From: Vicugna vicugna
Lineage: Eukaryota
Assembly: GCA_013265495.1 (NCBI GenBank)
Contig: MU058482.1
Span: 530,962 to 594,961 of the forward strand
Reading direction: 5' to 3'
Length of the DNA: 64,000 nt
Made by a program: the position numbers and the translations under genes. Position 1 is the first letter of the stretch. Every line of letters starts with the position of its first letter. The notes beneath the pieces were generated by a model. It searched no databases. It was not told the DNA's origin and saw only the letters and a program-made list of their open reading frames with translations. Below, in pieces: positions 37,099-49,723 of the stretch.

Positions 37099-40000
37099 AT
37101 GGCGGAGCTGCAGGAAGTGCAGATCACGGAGGAGAAGCCGCTGTTGCCAGGGCAGACACCCGAGGTGGCCAAGGTTATCAGATACCCTCTGACTCCCAGG
37201 CCCGCATTTCAGACCTCCAAGCATCCCCATCACTTCTTACCTTCCCAAACTCATGATCTCCTTCTAACCCGCACTTCTGCTTTCTCCCCGTCTACCCACG
37301 TTTCTCTTCCCATACGCCATGATTGAGAGCACAGGCTTTTGTCTGGTCACTCTGCTAACCTCCATCCTCTCCATGTCTCTTTTTGTTAATCTCTTTCTGT
37401 CTTTGGTCGCTGTGGTCTCTTTACATACCTCTCTTTATCCCTGTCTGTCTCTCCATCTGACTCTACGTGGCTGTGTGTTTCTGTATGTATCTGTCTGTGT
37501 GTGTCTCTCTCCAGGAGGCTGAGTTAGCTGCCCGAGTCCTCCTAGACCAGGGACAGGTAACAGCCTGGGGGCAGCCCCAGGTAGGAGGAGGGGCTCTCCT
37601 TGCCCCAGGAAGGAGAAGGCTCCTACTTGGCTCTTCTCTCTGCTTCTCTCCTTCTATTCTAGTCCTTTCTGGTCCCCATCTCTTCCTTTTCCTTCTTTTC
37701 TCCTCCCTTCCCAGAGTTCCTTGATGCTCTGCAATCTCTTGTTATTCTTTTCCACCCTCAAAATCATCTTCGAGTGTCACATTTTCCTAAACTAAATTCT
37801 TGCCAATGCTATTTCTAATGCTGTGTCCCTGACTCCTCCCTTGGCCCCGCCCCACCCAACTCCCTGACTTTTGTGGAGTCTCCTGCCTTTTTTTGTCTCA
37901 GACGAACTCCCACCTAATGGTGACCTATTTTCCTGCAGACTCACTCTGTGGAGACACCGTATGGCTCTGTCACTTTTACTGTCTATGGCACCCCTAAACC
38001 CAAACGCCCAGCGATACTCACCTACCATGATGTGGGGCTCAACTGTAAGGACCTTCACTTGCCCTCCCATTTCTTCTGGGGGGGAAGGGTCAAACCCCGG
38101 GGTGAGGGGAAGGTCAGAATGGGCAGGAAGGGAGCCATGTGGCAAAGTCAAGAAGTTCTCTCCTAGTCTGACTGTGGCATGGAAGAAAGAGGGTGGGTTC
38201 AGACTTGGGGATGTTTTCCCTGTCTGATTCTACTGTTGGGGTGATGGGGGTTCTCTTTAGATAAATCCTGCTTCCAGCCGCTGTTTCAATTTGGGGATAT
38301 GCAGGAAATCATTCAGAACTTCGTGCGGGTTCATGTGGACGCCCCTGGAATGGAAGAGGGGGCTCCCGTGTTCCCTTTGGGGTGAGGATTAGCTCCTTCC
38401 CTCCTCATCAGACTGTGAGGCACAGGGCAGGTGTGGGGAAGATCACAGCAGGGGAGGAGAAGAGGGAGGGCAAGTGGTGATTCTGGGAAAGGAGGAGGCA
38501 GACACTGAGGTGGGGGCCGTGGGGCCAGGTTGGTATCTTCCTTAACATTCCTTTCTTCCCCAGGTATCAGTACCCATCTCTGGACCAGCTTGCGGACATG
38601 ATCCCTTGCATCCTGCAGTACCTAAAGTGAGAGGCCTGGGGACCCCTCCAAGCCAGAGTTCTCTTTCCAGCACAAGGTGGCCCTTAGAACTCCTGCGTCC
38701 TCCCTGGCTCCTGGGCCAGTTCTCCCTCCTCCTCCCTCCTCTGATTGTTGAGAAGAAGTGGGGTGGGTTTGGAAACCTGACTTGAGTCAGCAGAGTTGCC
38801 CTCAGCGATAGAAGAGAGGAAAAGGAAGCTGTGTGCAGGGGGGCCCTGCCTCAGGCTGAGAAGGGACCTGGAAGCTTAGAGAAGAAGCGGAGGGGGCGAT
38901 GTAGTCCTGCAGAACCAGACAGACCTGTCTTCCCCTCCCACTCCCTCTGACTCCTCCAGACACACACCTGCTGCATGGGCGGGCGCCCTGTGTGTAAGAG
39001 GAGTGGGAGAAGGAAGAGAAAGCTGAGCGAGTCCTCCTCAGGGCACGTCTAGTGCAGACGGCGCCTGGGCTCCATCCCTGGCTTGGCTTGGCTTTTCCTG
39101 GGCACTGGGGCCCTGGGCAGCTCTGGTTCACTTCTTTGGCTCTCTTCCCTCGCATTCTTCCTGTTGTTCACTGAAGTTGTATCTTTTTTTTTTTTTCTCC
39201 CACGTCCTCTTTCAAGTTCCCTTCTTCCTAGTTCCTCTAGAGGAACCAGGAACTAAAACAGAGCAAGTTGAACTGGCTCCTGAAAGTGGAGGATGGACAA
39301 AGAGCTATAGAGGAAACTGTCTGGTTGGCAGGCAGATGGGTGTTTCTGTTCAGGACGCTCGGTCTCCCAGAGGGGGCTGGGGAAAGGCTTCAGGGACCTA
39401 CACTGGCCACCAGGGTCATTTTTAGTTCCTCAGCACCTTCCTTTTCAGCAGTGCTTCTTCCCTCTCACCCATTTAAGGAAGGTCCCTTTCTGTCCTCTGT
39501 GACTGTGGCCTTAGGAAGGAGGGAGAGGAGTTTGGAGAGCCACAGTTTGGGACATTGGGGCCCATCAGACCTACATTTCCCTTTCACAGTTTCTCCACAA
39601 TAATTGGAGTTGGTGTTGGAGCTGGGGCCTACGTCCTGTCGCGATATGCTGTAAGACATAAAAAACCCCCAGACAGGGAGAGGCGGGTTCAAGGCCCGGG
39701 CAGACTGATTAGGAGAGGATCATTTGCTAGGGGGTGTGCTCGGCTTGGTGGGTATGAGGGTGGGGAGCCTGGAATGGGTGAGCTTGGTGGGGAGGGGATA
39801 AGTCCGTGCCTGCCTCTGATTTCCCTTCTGTCCACTGCCGCTCAGCTTACCCACCCGGATACTGTTGAGGGTCTTGTCCTCATCAACATCGATCCCAATG
39901 CCAAGGGCTGGATGGACTGGGCGGCTCACAAGGTTTGGAGGGGTCTGTGTGCTGAGATTTAGGGCTGGCTTGCCCTTGTATGGGTCCATTTAGGCTCTCC

Positions 40001-42500
40001 CAGCATAACTGATTGGTCTGTGAGCTTCAAGGCAGGGGATGGAGCAGGGAAGAAGCTGTGTCAGTTTGCCTGCATCTCTGCTCCTCATAGCGTCCTGAGC
40101 TTTCTCACCTGCCTTTTCCTCATAGCTAACAGGCCTCACCTCTTCCATTTCGGAGATGATCCTTGGACATCTTTTCAGCCAGGTAAGTGGTTGTAGACAA
40201 TGGAGGACGTGGAGGGGACTGGCAGGGACTGGAATGCCTGAGGTGACCTCCTTACCTGGGACGGGATCTGGGGGGGGAGAAGGCTTGCCTCTTCACATCC
40301 AGTAACTTTTATTTTTTTAATTGAAGTATAGTCAGTTACAGTGTGTCGATTTCTGGTATACAGCATAACGTTTTAGTCATACATATGCATCTAGTAACTG
40401 TTGACTTCTCTTCCCAGCCCTAATTTTTCTCCCTTTTCTTTCCTTCAGGAAGAGCTGTCTGGAAATTCCGAGTTGATACAAAAGTATAGAAATATCATCG
40501 CACATGCCCCCAACCTGGACAACATCGAACTGTATTGGAACAGCTACAACAAGTGAGTGGGTGGGATTTGGTGTGCAGCTGGGGCAGCTGCGGGACAGAC
40601 GCTGGGGGGAGAATCGTGAGGAGCCGGCCCCCTCTCTCCTGTTACTTCCTTAGATTTTGGATTCTCGGAAGTAAGACGATCTCATGTCCTCGTGCTCTTC
40701 TGTCTCCTTCACTGCCCTGTGACCAGGGACCTCGGGCACAAATGACCATAGGGCTCATGCTTGAGGCCTGTCGGCCGCCTTCTCCTTCGGTTCCCACTTG
40801 TAATCATCAATATTTGACTGTAATTTGGGGGAGGAAGGTAGCTTTCTCATGGGGGAAGAGAGCTTCTATCTGGATGGATAGCACTGCTTTCCTGAAATTC
40901 CTACTCTTCTTTTAAACCCTCTTTAGCCGCCGAGACCTGAACTTTGAGCGTGGAGGCGACATCACCCTCAAGTAAGACTTAGGGATAAATCTGCCTCTCT
41001 CCCTAGGCCTTTCCTAGGTGCTTACATCCTTTTCCCAGGGAATTTTCTTGTCATCTCCCACCCTGTCCTATTTAGCAAGTCACCACCCTATAGGTCCCCC
41101 CCCCTTTGAACCTTCTTGGTGGGGTTGGCAGCGTTCAGAAGGCTGTTTCCTCTTTGGAGCCAACGTTTTCCAGCTGCTCCTCTGGGAAGAGGCAGGGGAG
41201 GGAGTGCCAGGGGCTCACTGCCTGCTCGCCGACACTATGCCTCTAGGTGCCCTGTGATGCTGGTGGTAGGAGACCAAGCACCCCATGAAGATGCAGTGGT
41301 CAGTAGGGGATTTTGGGGTGGGTGAGGGAGGGTTGCAGTCCTAGGGTGGCAGTCAGAGGTGTATCTTGCCAAGAGGCAAGGTCTGTTTGGGTCAGGGAGA
41401 GCAACTTTGGGATATGAGAGGTTGATTTCTGGTAAAAAGGAAATGGGTAGGTTGCTGACGAGAAAGGATCTGGGGTCTGGGACCCTGGTCCCTTGGATGG
41501 GAGGGGCCCCAGGGAGTGTGACCTCATTCATTTAGCCTCCTACTTACTCCAGGTGGAATGTAACTCAAAACTGGACCCCACTCAGACTTCCTTCCTCAAG
41601 GTCAGTAACCCTACTCCCTACGCGGCCTGACTCCTGGCCCCTTGTCCCGAGCCATAGATCCTCTCTAGACTGAGCTTGTAGGCTTCCAGGATCCTGCGTG
41701 GGAACAGGTGGGTGGGTGGAGTCAGAAAATCAAAACCACCCTGAAGGCCTGGAGAGGGGAACCTGGGGAAGAGAGATCCTTGTCTGCCTCTTGGTATGGC
41801 TCATTGTATTTACGTGCGTATCACTTTTTCCGGATGGCGCTCTCCTGAACAGATGGCTGACTCCGGAGGTCAGCCCCAGCTGACTCAGGTGAGTGTCCCT
41901 GCCATCCGTGGGATGGGCTATTAGTGGCGCTGAATGAGACCCTTCGCCACACACCCTGTCTCTAACCTGCCACGGCCTGGGGCTCCAGCTCAGCTTCTAA
42001 CCACCCTTCGCTCTCTCTCTCTCTGCTCATTTTACTCCCGCAGCCAGGCAAGCTGACGGAGGCCTTCAAGTACTTCCTGCAGGGCATGGGCTACAGTGAG
42101 TATGGGGGTCAGAGGCTGTCGTGAGGACAAGAGGTTGCTGCACAGGAAGAGGGATGGGCACTGAGGGGGAGGAACCCTTTTAGGCTAATTCCCAGACTTA
42201 CCACCATCTACCAAAACAAGCTCATGGACCTGGCCCCATGTAACACTCCTCTCCACCTAAGCGCCCCACTCTGAGTGGCTGTGCTCTCTTCCCGCTCCTC
42301 TCTGACTGCCTGCTTATTCTGCTGTCTCCACAGTGGCCTCATCCTGTATGACTCGCCTGTCCCGGTCTCGCACAGCCTCCCTGACCAGTGCAGCATCCGT
42401 TGATGGCAACCGGTCCCGTTCTCGCACGCTGTCCCAGAGCAGCGAGTCTGGGACTCTCCCTTCAGGGCCCCCGGGGCACACCATGGAGGTCTCCTGTTGA
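37099..42500 (+). CDS. NDRG2: Protein NDRG2, 371 aa (357 aa if the 42-nt exon is skipped)
   Basis: 15 coding exons: 37099-37173, 37515-37556, 37939-38044, 38261-38381, 38564-38626, 39590-39650, 39846-39932, 40126-40182, 40449-40552, 40927-40971, 41247-41298, 41553-41600, 41853-41888, 42044-42095, 42334-42500. Sum 1116 nt, all [22 protein letters not shown]...SRSRTAS...HTMEVSC*. Confidence 0.98.
40308..40387 (-). mobile_element. Short LINE-1 3' end in an NDRG2 intron
   Basis: ttttttaattgaagtatagtcagttaca...tttctggtatacagcataa. TSD catccagtaact / catctagtaact (40296-40307, 40388-40399). Confidence 0.8.
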
Positions 42501-43299
42501 ATGACCCTTGTTGCCCTGGTGTGGGACCCAGCCCTCACCTCCCCCAGCACTAACCTGGGAGGTGCAGAGAGCACTGGGCCAGAGTGAGCAAAGGAAGATG
42601 GGCAGATCATGTGGGGAGATGACCTTGATCTTTGATTGCTACCTTAACCTTGACCTCTAACCTGTGATTCCCCTCAGCTCCTGGGAGAGCGGTCCTAATA
42701 TCTCTTAGGGACCCAGACCCGTAAATTATCCCTCTGTCTCATTTTGGTGTTAAGATGGAGAAGGCATGTATCCCCTCTCCCTAATCCAGGTGTCTGTAGC
42801 TAAGGGATATAGGAGGTTGTTGTCGTCCGCGGGGCCCCCACCAGACTCTCCCTCCGCATCTCGTATTGCAAGGGTAAGGGGCTTGGGTCTGGGGCTCCAC
42901 TCACCAAAGCTGATACGGCTTCTCATGAATCCTTCAGCCATCTGAAGGGTCTGGGCCTAAACGAATGTGTGACGGGGAGGCTTGCTGGTGGGTTAGTGGT
43001 CCTCAGGATGTGACTGAAACATTCAGTGTGGAAACGGAAGTTGGAATGGGAGGAGGTAGGCGGTGAACCAGCAGGCGGGAGGGGTTGGAGCTGGGCAGTA
43101 GGAGGGGGCCTGGGGCCACTGGCTGCACTAACTTCAGTAGCTGTCTTGTACTGTGTGTCTAGAGTGGGAAGGGGGAGGGAGCCACGCAGGGCAGGGCTGC
43201 TTGGGGCTCGGCATAGGGGTGGGAGGGGCTGCCTCGGGGCTCTGACCACAGTGTGTGCTGTGTGCAGGGTGGCCTCCTGTCTCCCACAACTGCTGTAAC

Positions 43300-43305
43300 A
43301 ATAAA
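43300..43305 (+). terminator. NDRG2: NDRG2 polyadenylation signal
   Basis: AATAAA ~800 nt after the stop codon, followed by T-rich downstream sequence. Confidence 0.8.
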
Positions 43306-44212
43306 CTGTAGAGGAATCTGAGCACCGTAATTCTTCTTTGTCAGAGTATGTCTGCCTCACGCCCCCCTTTCCTGCCCTCTCCCTGCCCAGCTCTCACATT
43401 CTCTTCTCAAAGTGACAAAAACCATGCTAGAGGGTTTATGGAGCACAGACGCTTCACGAAGTGTGGTGACATAGTCGCTGGTCCCTATTCCAACAGAATG
43501 GGATTGTCCTCTATGTGGCTAGTATTTTCAAGTTTGGGCAGGAGGAGTTCCTCAGATCTTAGGTTTCCTTATCAGTGGGACGGATCATTGAAAAATGCTG
43601 TAGGATTTCAGAGATGTCACCAACATCATGACCACAAGGAAATGCAGAAAGCCTACTGAAGTGTCTAAGGGCATCTCGTGACTCATTTTCCAGCAGGATC
43701 CTCCGAAGGTCACCTAAGTTCCACTTCGGGTGGCTCATTATAGTCAGGAGAGCAGGCCTCGTGCAGTTACTAGAGGGGTTGTGTTGCTTGTAGTTGTTCC
43801 CAATGTGAAGACTCCTTCAGGAGAGTCACAGCAAAAAGGGTTTTCTCTCGAATTTCTCCTCCCCCTGGAATCCCAGAGCTCAGGGAATTAACTAGACTAT
43901 CTTTGTGGTTCTCAGAGCAGCTTTTCAGGTATGAGCAATAATCATCAAGAGGACTTCAGATATTCTGTGGCTATTGCAGGCTGATTCTTGGGCTCTTGGG
44001 GAACAAGAAGGAAAAACGAGAAGACACCTGACAGCGTTAATGGCAAGACGACTGCAGATGGAATATTGCAAGGTCACTGGCCAGCCTACTTTATAGAAAC
44101 CCCACAGGCACAGGCATTCATACTCTCCTCAGTGGAACGGGGCCGAGGACTAATGCAGCTTGGCGTCTGATGCTGTCACCCTGACATGGAAGTGGGGCAA
44201 GGAATATGTCCT

Positions 44213-44341
44213 TTTAAAAAAATTTTTTTGGGGGGGAAAGGTCATCAGGTTTACTTATTTCTAAAGGAGGTACTGGGAAATTGAACCCAGGACCTTGTGC
44301 ATGCTAAGCATGAGCACTGCCACTTGAGCTCTACCCTCCCC
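44213..44341 (-). mobile_element. tRNA-derived SINE (camelid Vic-1-like)
   Basis: Reverse complement reads gggagggtagagctcaagtggcagtgc..cttagcatgcacaaggtcctgggttcaa..cccagtacctcc plus tail; same family as the copies at 4048 and 24900. Confidence 0.85.
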
Positions 44342-47300
44342 TCTGAAATACGTTCTTAAATCTTGAGTGTTTCCTCACTCTCTCACAGGACCAAATCTAT
44401 TTGAAATGCCATAGGCTAGGATCAGAAGGGGGCGGTATTAGGTGACCAGCAGGGTTACAGAGGCAGCTATTGATGGCGAGAGTGTTGGGTAACCACACGC
44501 AGGGCAGGCAGCAAAGAGTGCTTAAGTGCCACAGTAAAGAAAAGAAACACCATAATTGGAATCATTGGACCAGCTAGCTCGTAGATAAACAAAACACGAG
44601 AAAAAGGCAAAGAACTCAGACTTGACTGGCAACAGCTGCTGTTGGATGTTAAGGAAGGGAAGGCAGGTCCTCTTGGTACATTTACCTACACAGATACACT
44701 GTTAGCAGGGTCATCTTCAGAGGAGGGAGTAAATTACATTTGTGTGTACATATATGAGAGCACGTGTATGTGTCTGCCACGGAGGTGATGTGTGAAATGA
44801 GCGGGGATTGTGTGTGTCTCCGGTGGTTGTCTCTGCATCTATAAGAAACCCAGGGGCGAGGTTGAGGGGGAGATGCTGTCTGCCGGGTGCAAGGGAGAGG
44901 GGTTTTGCTGTCCTTGTCTGACCTCTTCGTTGTTGATCCTGCACGTTCCAGGCCAGCCCATGGGGATGCAGTGCCCTCTTGTGGTTGGCATGGTTCTTCC
45001 TAATTTTCTCCAGCTCCCAGGTCTTTTCCTAAATCTCCTGTTGTTTATGATCCTAGCGATGGGCTAAGTATGTAGGTATGTAGGAAGGGCTTGATACCAT
45101 GGTCAGCTGTGGTCTGTGGCTCCTGCCCATGCTCTGGATCAGAGGCTCAGATGAGAGGGTGGGTGACTTTATAGAAGGTGAACCACAAACTACCTCCTTT
45201 TTGTCTCGGTTTCAGGCCTAGGACTCTGTTTTTTCTCTTCCTCTCGTTCTCAAGGAATGTTTCCCTGACTTTAGGGACAGAAGCCCAAGATAGCTAAGCA
45301 AGGGTGCAATGGTAAGGAGATTAAAACCAGAAGAACACAGTGATGAGAGCCTTGTGGCGTCAGCTTGAAAATTCTGGAACTCATAAAGAGATATTAAAGG
45401 GTGATTCTCTGAAGGAACACACAAAACAGTGAACCTGTGGCAGGAGGGTAGACACTGAGCTTTAGAGAGTGCTCCACTAGTGGTCAGGGAGAGGGATGGA
45501 GTGGGAGATGCCACCTTTCTAGACAGGTTTTAGGACTAACTGGAAAGTGAGAGTCAATTCTGACTAGAGGCCAGGCGTGTAGTCAGGGTACACAGTGCCC
45601 AGGGCAATGGAAGCCGCTTATACCCTCTCTCCTCACCAACATCAGAATTTCCCAATTGGATAAATATACAGTAAAAAGGGGAATGTTTTCTGTTTCTGAT
45701 ACTTAACAAATCTAAAGAGCGTAACTCAGAACAAAGCTGAAATCAAAAGGAAAGAATTGACAACTCATGTCTTTAAGCATCCCTGCGGACTCGGGCAGGG
45801 GGACAGGGGTGTAACTGCTGTCTGCACCCCTTTCGCTTCATCTTTGCTCGTGGCCGTCGGCTCCTCCCTCAGGTCGGCGAGGGGAGGAACGGGGGACGGG
45901 AGGGATGTGAGGGCGTCTGGGGATTGACACACGTACCAGCCACCTTCATGTCTTGCAGCCGTTTTTTTGTACTCTATCCCCCAGAGCCAGGAGCAAGGGA
46001 CCATTTCGTAGGGTGAGGGAGGCAAGACACTGGAAAACTGTCCTTCAGGGGAGGGGCACAGTGGCATGAATTATCCCACAGGAATGAGCCTGGCATTCTT
46101 CCATTTTAGTTCCTGGGTGTTTCTTGTTCATGTGTGATGGTCTCTGACTGGCCTCGCATCTGGCTCGGGGGTATTCACTGAACTCTGGTTCCTCTTTGAT
46201 GCTGTTCCCCATCTCCCTTTCTTCACAAATTACCATCTTATACCTGCAATATCCAAACCCAACCCTCAGGCTGTAAGCAAAGGAAAAGCTGGGAGCTCCA
46301 GAGGGTTGCTTCAGAGAATCATTTATTATGCAAAAATAGAAAGCTGGCTCAGAGTGGGAGGGCAGTTGGAGGTCTCATTCTTTCATTTTGTTCTGTTTAA
46401 ATATATAAAAAATACATGTGTAGCGTAGAGAATGAGGGGTGGGGAAGGGGCACAGGAATTGAGAAGACTTGGAAACTGTTCCATGTAAATTCTCTTGTGA
46501 CTATTCCAACTGGCTTCTCCTCTTATCCATTTTCCCAACCTGCATATCTTCACTCCTGTTTTTATTTTTCAATTCTCATGATTCTAATTTTCTTCAGTTA
46601 CAACCTATCTCTCCTGGAAGCAAGGTGCTCTCCTGAATCTGTCTTCTAGCCACCACGGCCCAGCTAACTCAGCCTTTCCTTGTCCCGTGTTTCTCTTCCT
46701 TGCCTGTTCTTATTCCATTCTTCCTCACTTCAAGCTCATTCAGAAATCACGTTCGTCTTCTGTTTCACTATAGCCCTCTCTGGCTCCCTGCTGGGGATTC
46801 ATAGCTTTGGAAAGTGATCAAGATTGTTCCTTTTCCGGACCCTGGTGCCCTCTCTACGCAGCATTCTCTAGCTTTCTTCCAGCTCTGGATACAATATGGT
46901 TCGAAGTAAAGGTGGTTCCGGTCCTGGTTGATAAGGATTTTTGAAAAGGAAAAGGAAATGGTTGAGGGAAGGATGGCTGAATGCAAAGGAGGCTGAAGGG
47001 GAATCTAAAGGCTCCTGAGACGGGAGGAGGCAAAAAGTGCAACCAGGCTTGAAACCTCCCAGCCTCTGCTCATTGACCTCAAATGCTGATAGCATCAGTG
47101 ACCCAGAAACATATGAAGAGTCCCGGAGTCTAATGTGCTTCTCCTCAAGTCTCCTTTCTGGAGTCATACAAATCCCCTGTACCAGAAATAGCCCTCTAAT
47201 TTCCCACATAATGGTGTTGCTTCCAATTCCCTTTCAGAGTCCTGGGAAGATTGTTGAGCTGAAAGCAGCAGAGGATCGATGGTGTGTGGAACGTTTTCTG

Positions 47301-47784
47301 TTTGACCCTCCAGACTGCTCATGAGCTGTGTCTCATGAGGCTGAGCTATCTGCAATGCACCAACAGACATTTTTGTCCTTGGCTTCTGTTTGGGTATGGC
47401 CAACAAGAGACACTGGCAGTAGGTCAAAGAGTAGAAGAGAGTGAGGGTATGCCTCTGGCTTCCTCCTGGTCGAGTCCCCGAAGGCTGGCTGTATCCCTCT
47501 GCTGAGGCCACGGCTCGTGTTGGATGAGTTTCTGGTAAGTGCTTCCTCTCGCCAGCCTCGGTAATGGCATTGTTATACTCAGTCGAGAGGATTGCCCCAC
47601 CCCTGCCGCTCTGTCCAAATCCTGCCCTCACCTTTCTACATACTCCCTTTACTAAACTTGCCTCACTTACCCAATGCGCTCTCTGTTTCCTTCTAAGACC
47701 CTCACATATGAGATGGGGAGGTGAAGGTAAGGAAGGAGAGGAGCAATCTACATCTTGAGCTTTTCTTAAAATCTCAGAAGCAGC

Positions 47785-47950
47785 TGGGTTTGGAGCCCAG
47801 CTAGCTCTGTGATCAAGTTCTTTAACTTGCCTAAATAGGCTTCCCTAGACTCATCATAGGGATAATATCTACCTGGCAGGATCGGGAAGGTGAGATAATA
47901 TATGTGAAAGCAACAGTACAGCGCCAGGTGCTCAATGTAGAAACTCTCTT
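47785..47950 (+). mobile_element. MIR SINE remnant
   Basis: ctgggtttggagcccagct...gggataatatctacct...gagataatatatgtgaaagc...gtgctcaat. Boundaries approximate. Confidence 0.6.
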
Positions 47951-48410
47951 ATTACGACAGATGAGTGTATCGCATGTGAGAACATTTAATACTGAAGGGA
48001 AAATAGAGTAGGATGGTGCTTCAAAGAAGTTCTTTCCCATGTCAGACCTTTTTATTCAGTTTTGTCTGAAGTTTGTCTTCTCACTGACCCCCGTGTGTGT
48101 AAGCTGGTTTTGTGAGGAGGTTTGAGTATTGCAATTTACGGGGAGGGGAATGGGATGGACAGGAGACAGATCGAGCTAAGAATGAAACTCAGGAGACTTT
48201 GTCCATGTCAAGGCCACTTGGGCTTCCGCACTGAAAACATGAGAAGGAGCAAACTGGTGAGCGGTGGGGCTCACAGGGCACCCTTTCTCTTCCCGGTTTC
48301 TCCACTGAGTCTCAAATAGTCCTCCATCTCATACTTCAGGGGCTGAGCCACAGACATCCTGCTGCTCCTCAACTCCAGAGAATCAGTTTCTGTACTTATT
48401 ATTAGCAGTT

Positions 48411-48734
48411 AAAAAAAATTTTTTTTTAATTGAAGTACAGTCAATTACAATGTGTCAATTTCTGGTGCACATCACAATGTCCCAGTCTTGCATATACACA
48501 CATATATTCATTTTGGTATTTTTTCATTAAAGGTTATTATAAGATATTGACAATAGTTCCCTGTGCTATACAGAAGAAACTTTTAAAAAAATCTATTTTT
48601 ATATATAGTGGCTAACATTTGTAAATCTCAAATTCCCCAATTTTATCCCTTCCCACCCTCTTCCCCCAGTAACCAGAAGCACTCATCTACAAAACAGTAA
48701 CAGACTCGCAGACATAGTAAACAATCTTATGTCC
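48411..48734 (-). mobile_element. LINE-1 3' end with 5' inversion
   Basis: Antisense L1 3' end (48411 to ~48680) joined to a sense L1 piece (actcatctacaaaacag..acagactcgcagacatag..aacaatcttatg). TSD ttagcagtt at 48402-48410 and 48735-48743. Confidence 0.85.
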
Positions 48735-49433
48735 TTAGCAGTTTCGAGGAGAAGCAACATGTTGTAGGAGTTACTCAAACCGAAAGGCGAATGGTCTGGA
48801 AGGAAGGGGCTGGGGCCACAGGGGCAGGTGAGTCAGGTAGTAGGAAAGCCAGTAAGTCGTGGCAGAGCCGAATAATCACCCCAGGCATTTATCCAGCGCC
48901 TTGCTCCCTCTCCAAACACACTGCTTCTTAGTCCCTTAGCATAAGGCAGCTGGAAGGAGATAGAGCCTCGGAGAAGAGCAATAGTGTTCCTGAGGCCATA
49001 CAGGGTTCAATGTGAAAAACAGGGACCAGTAGAAATCATCTCCATTTAGCCTTATCTCGAGAGTCCCGCTGGACAGTGATGGGAGGCGATAACAGGTAGT
49101 AGGCGTGGGATGGGTGTGGTTAGCGTAGGGGTAAAACAACTAGATTCCCATAGTTTCTCTTGTTAAAACTTCCTCTCTCTCAGTGCCGGGAACTCTGGCT
49201 CAGTTTCTCAACACCTGTGCATAAGGTGGTAGCGAGCTGTTGAAATTTCAGCCATGCTCCCTTGTCTTGAGGGGCATGGCCCACAATGGATAGAATGGCT
49301 AGCGGCCCAATTCCAGAAGAGAAGATGGCACTGCACACGCACCCTTCTGCCTCCCCACTCCACCACCTCCTGCACCAGGCAGCTTCTAGCAATGAAGTGG
49401 AGCATGGCTTAAGGGGAAGGATAAAATGGACAT

Positions 49434-49439
49434 TTTATT
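49434..49439 (-). terminator. SLC39A2: SLC39A2 polyadenylation signal
   Basis: AATAAA on the minus strand ~290 nt after the stop codon. Confidence 0.7.
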
Positions 49440-49723
49440 ACACACAGTAGCATAAATGGGACAAGAGTCAAGTATAAAGACCAAAAATGATGATCTTTAT
49501 ATCAATTCTCCAGTTTATGGGCGCTCAAACTAAAGATCCTTTTCTCAGTCCAGCATGAGAAATCAGACCTCATGGAGGGAAAAGCTGGGGTCCAGTTTAA
49601 GGAAATGATGCCTAGTGATTGTCACTTTGTCTCAGTGAAGAAATGTCTAAGGGCTAAGGTCATTTAGTTGGTGTCTCCTGAGGATAAGGTCATCTTAGGT
49701 CCATCAGAAAAATCAGGAATCTC

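Noticed and set aside
43900..47640. Scattered ORF and exon-like pieces between NDRG2 and SLC39A2 (e.g. IKEEPE at ~46190)
   Set aside because: No consistent strand, frame or splice chain could be assembled, and no family was recognised.
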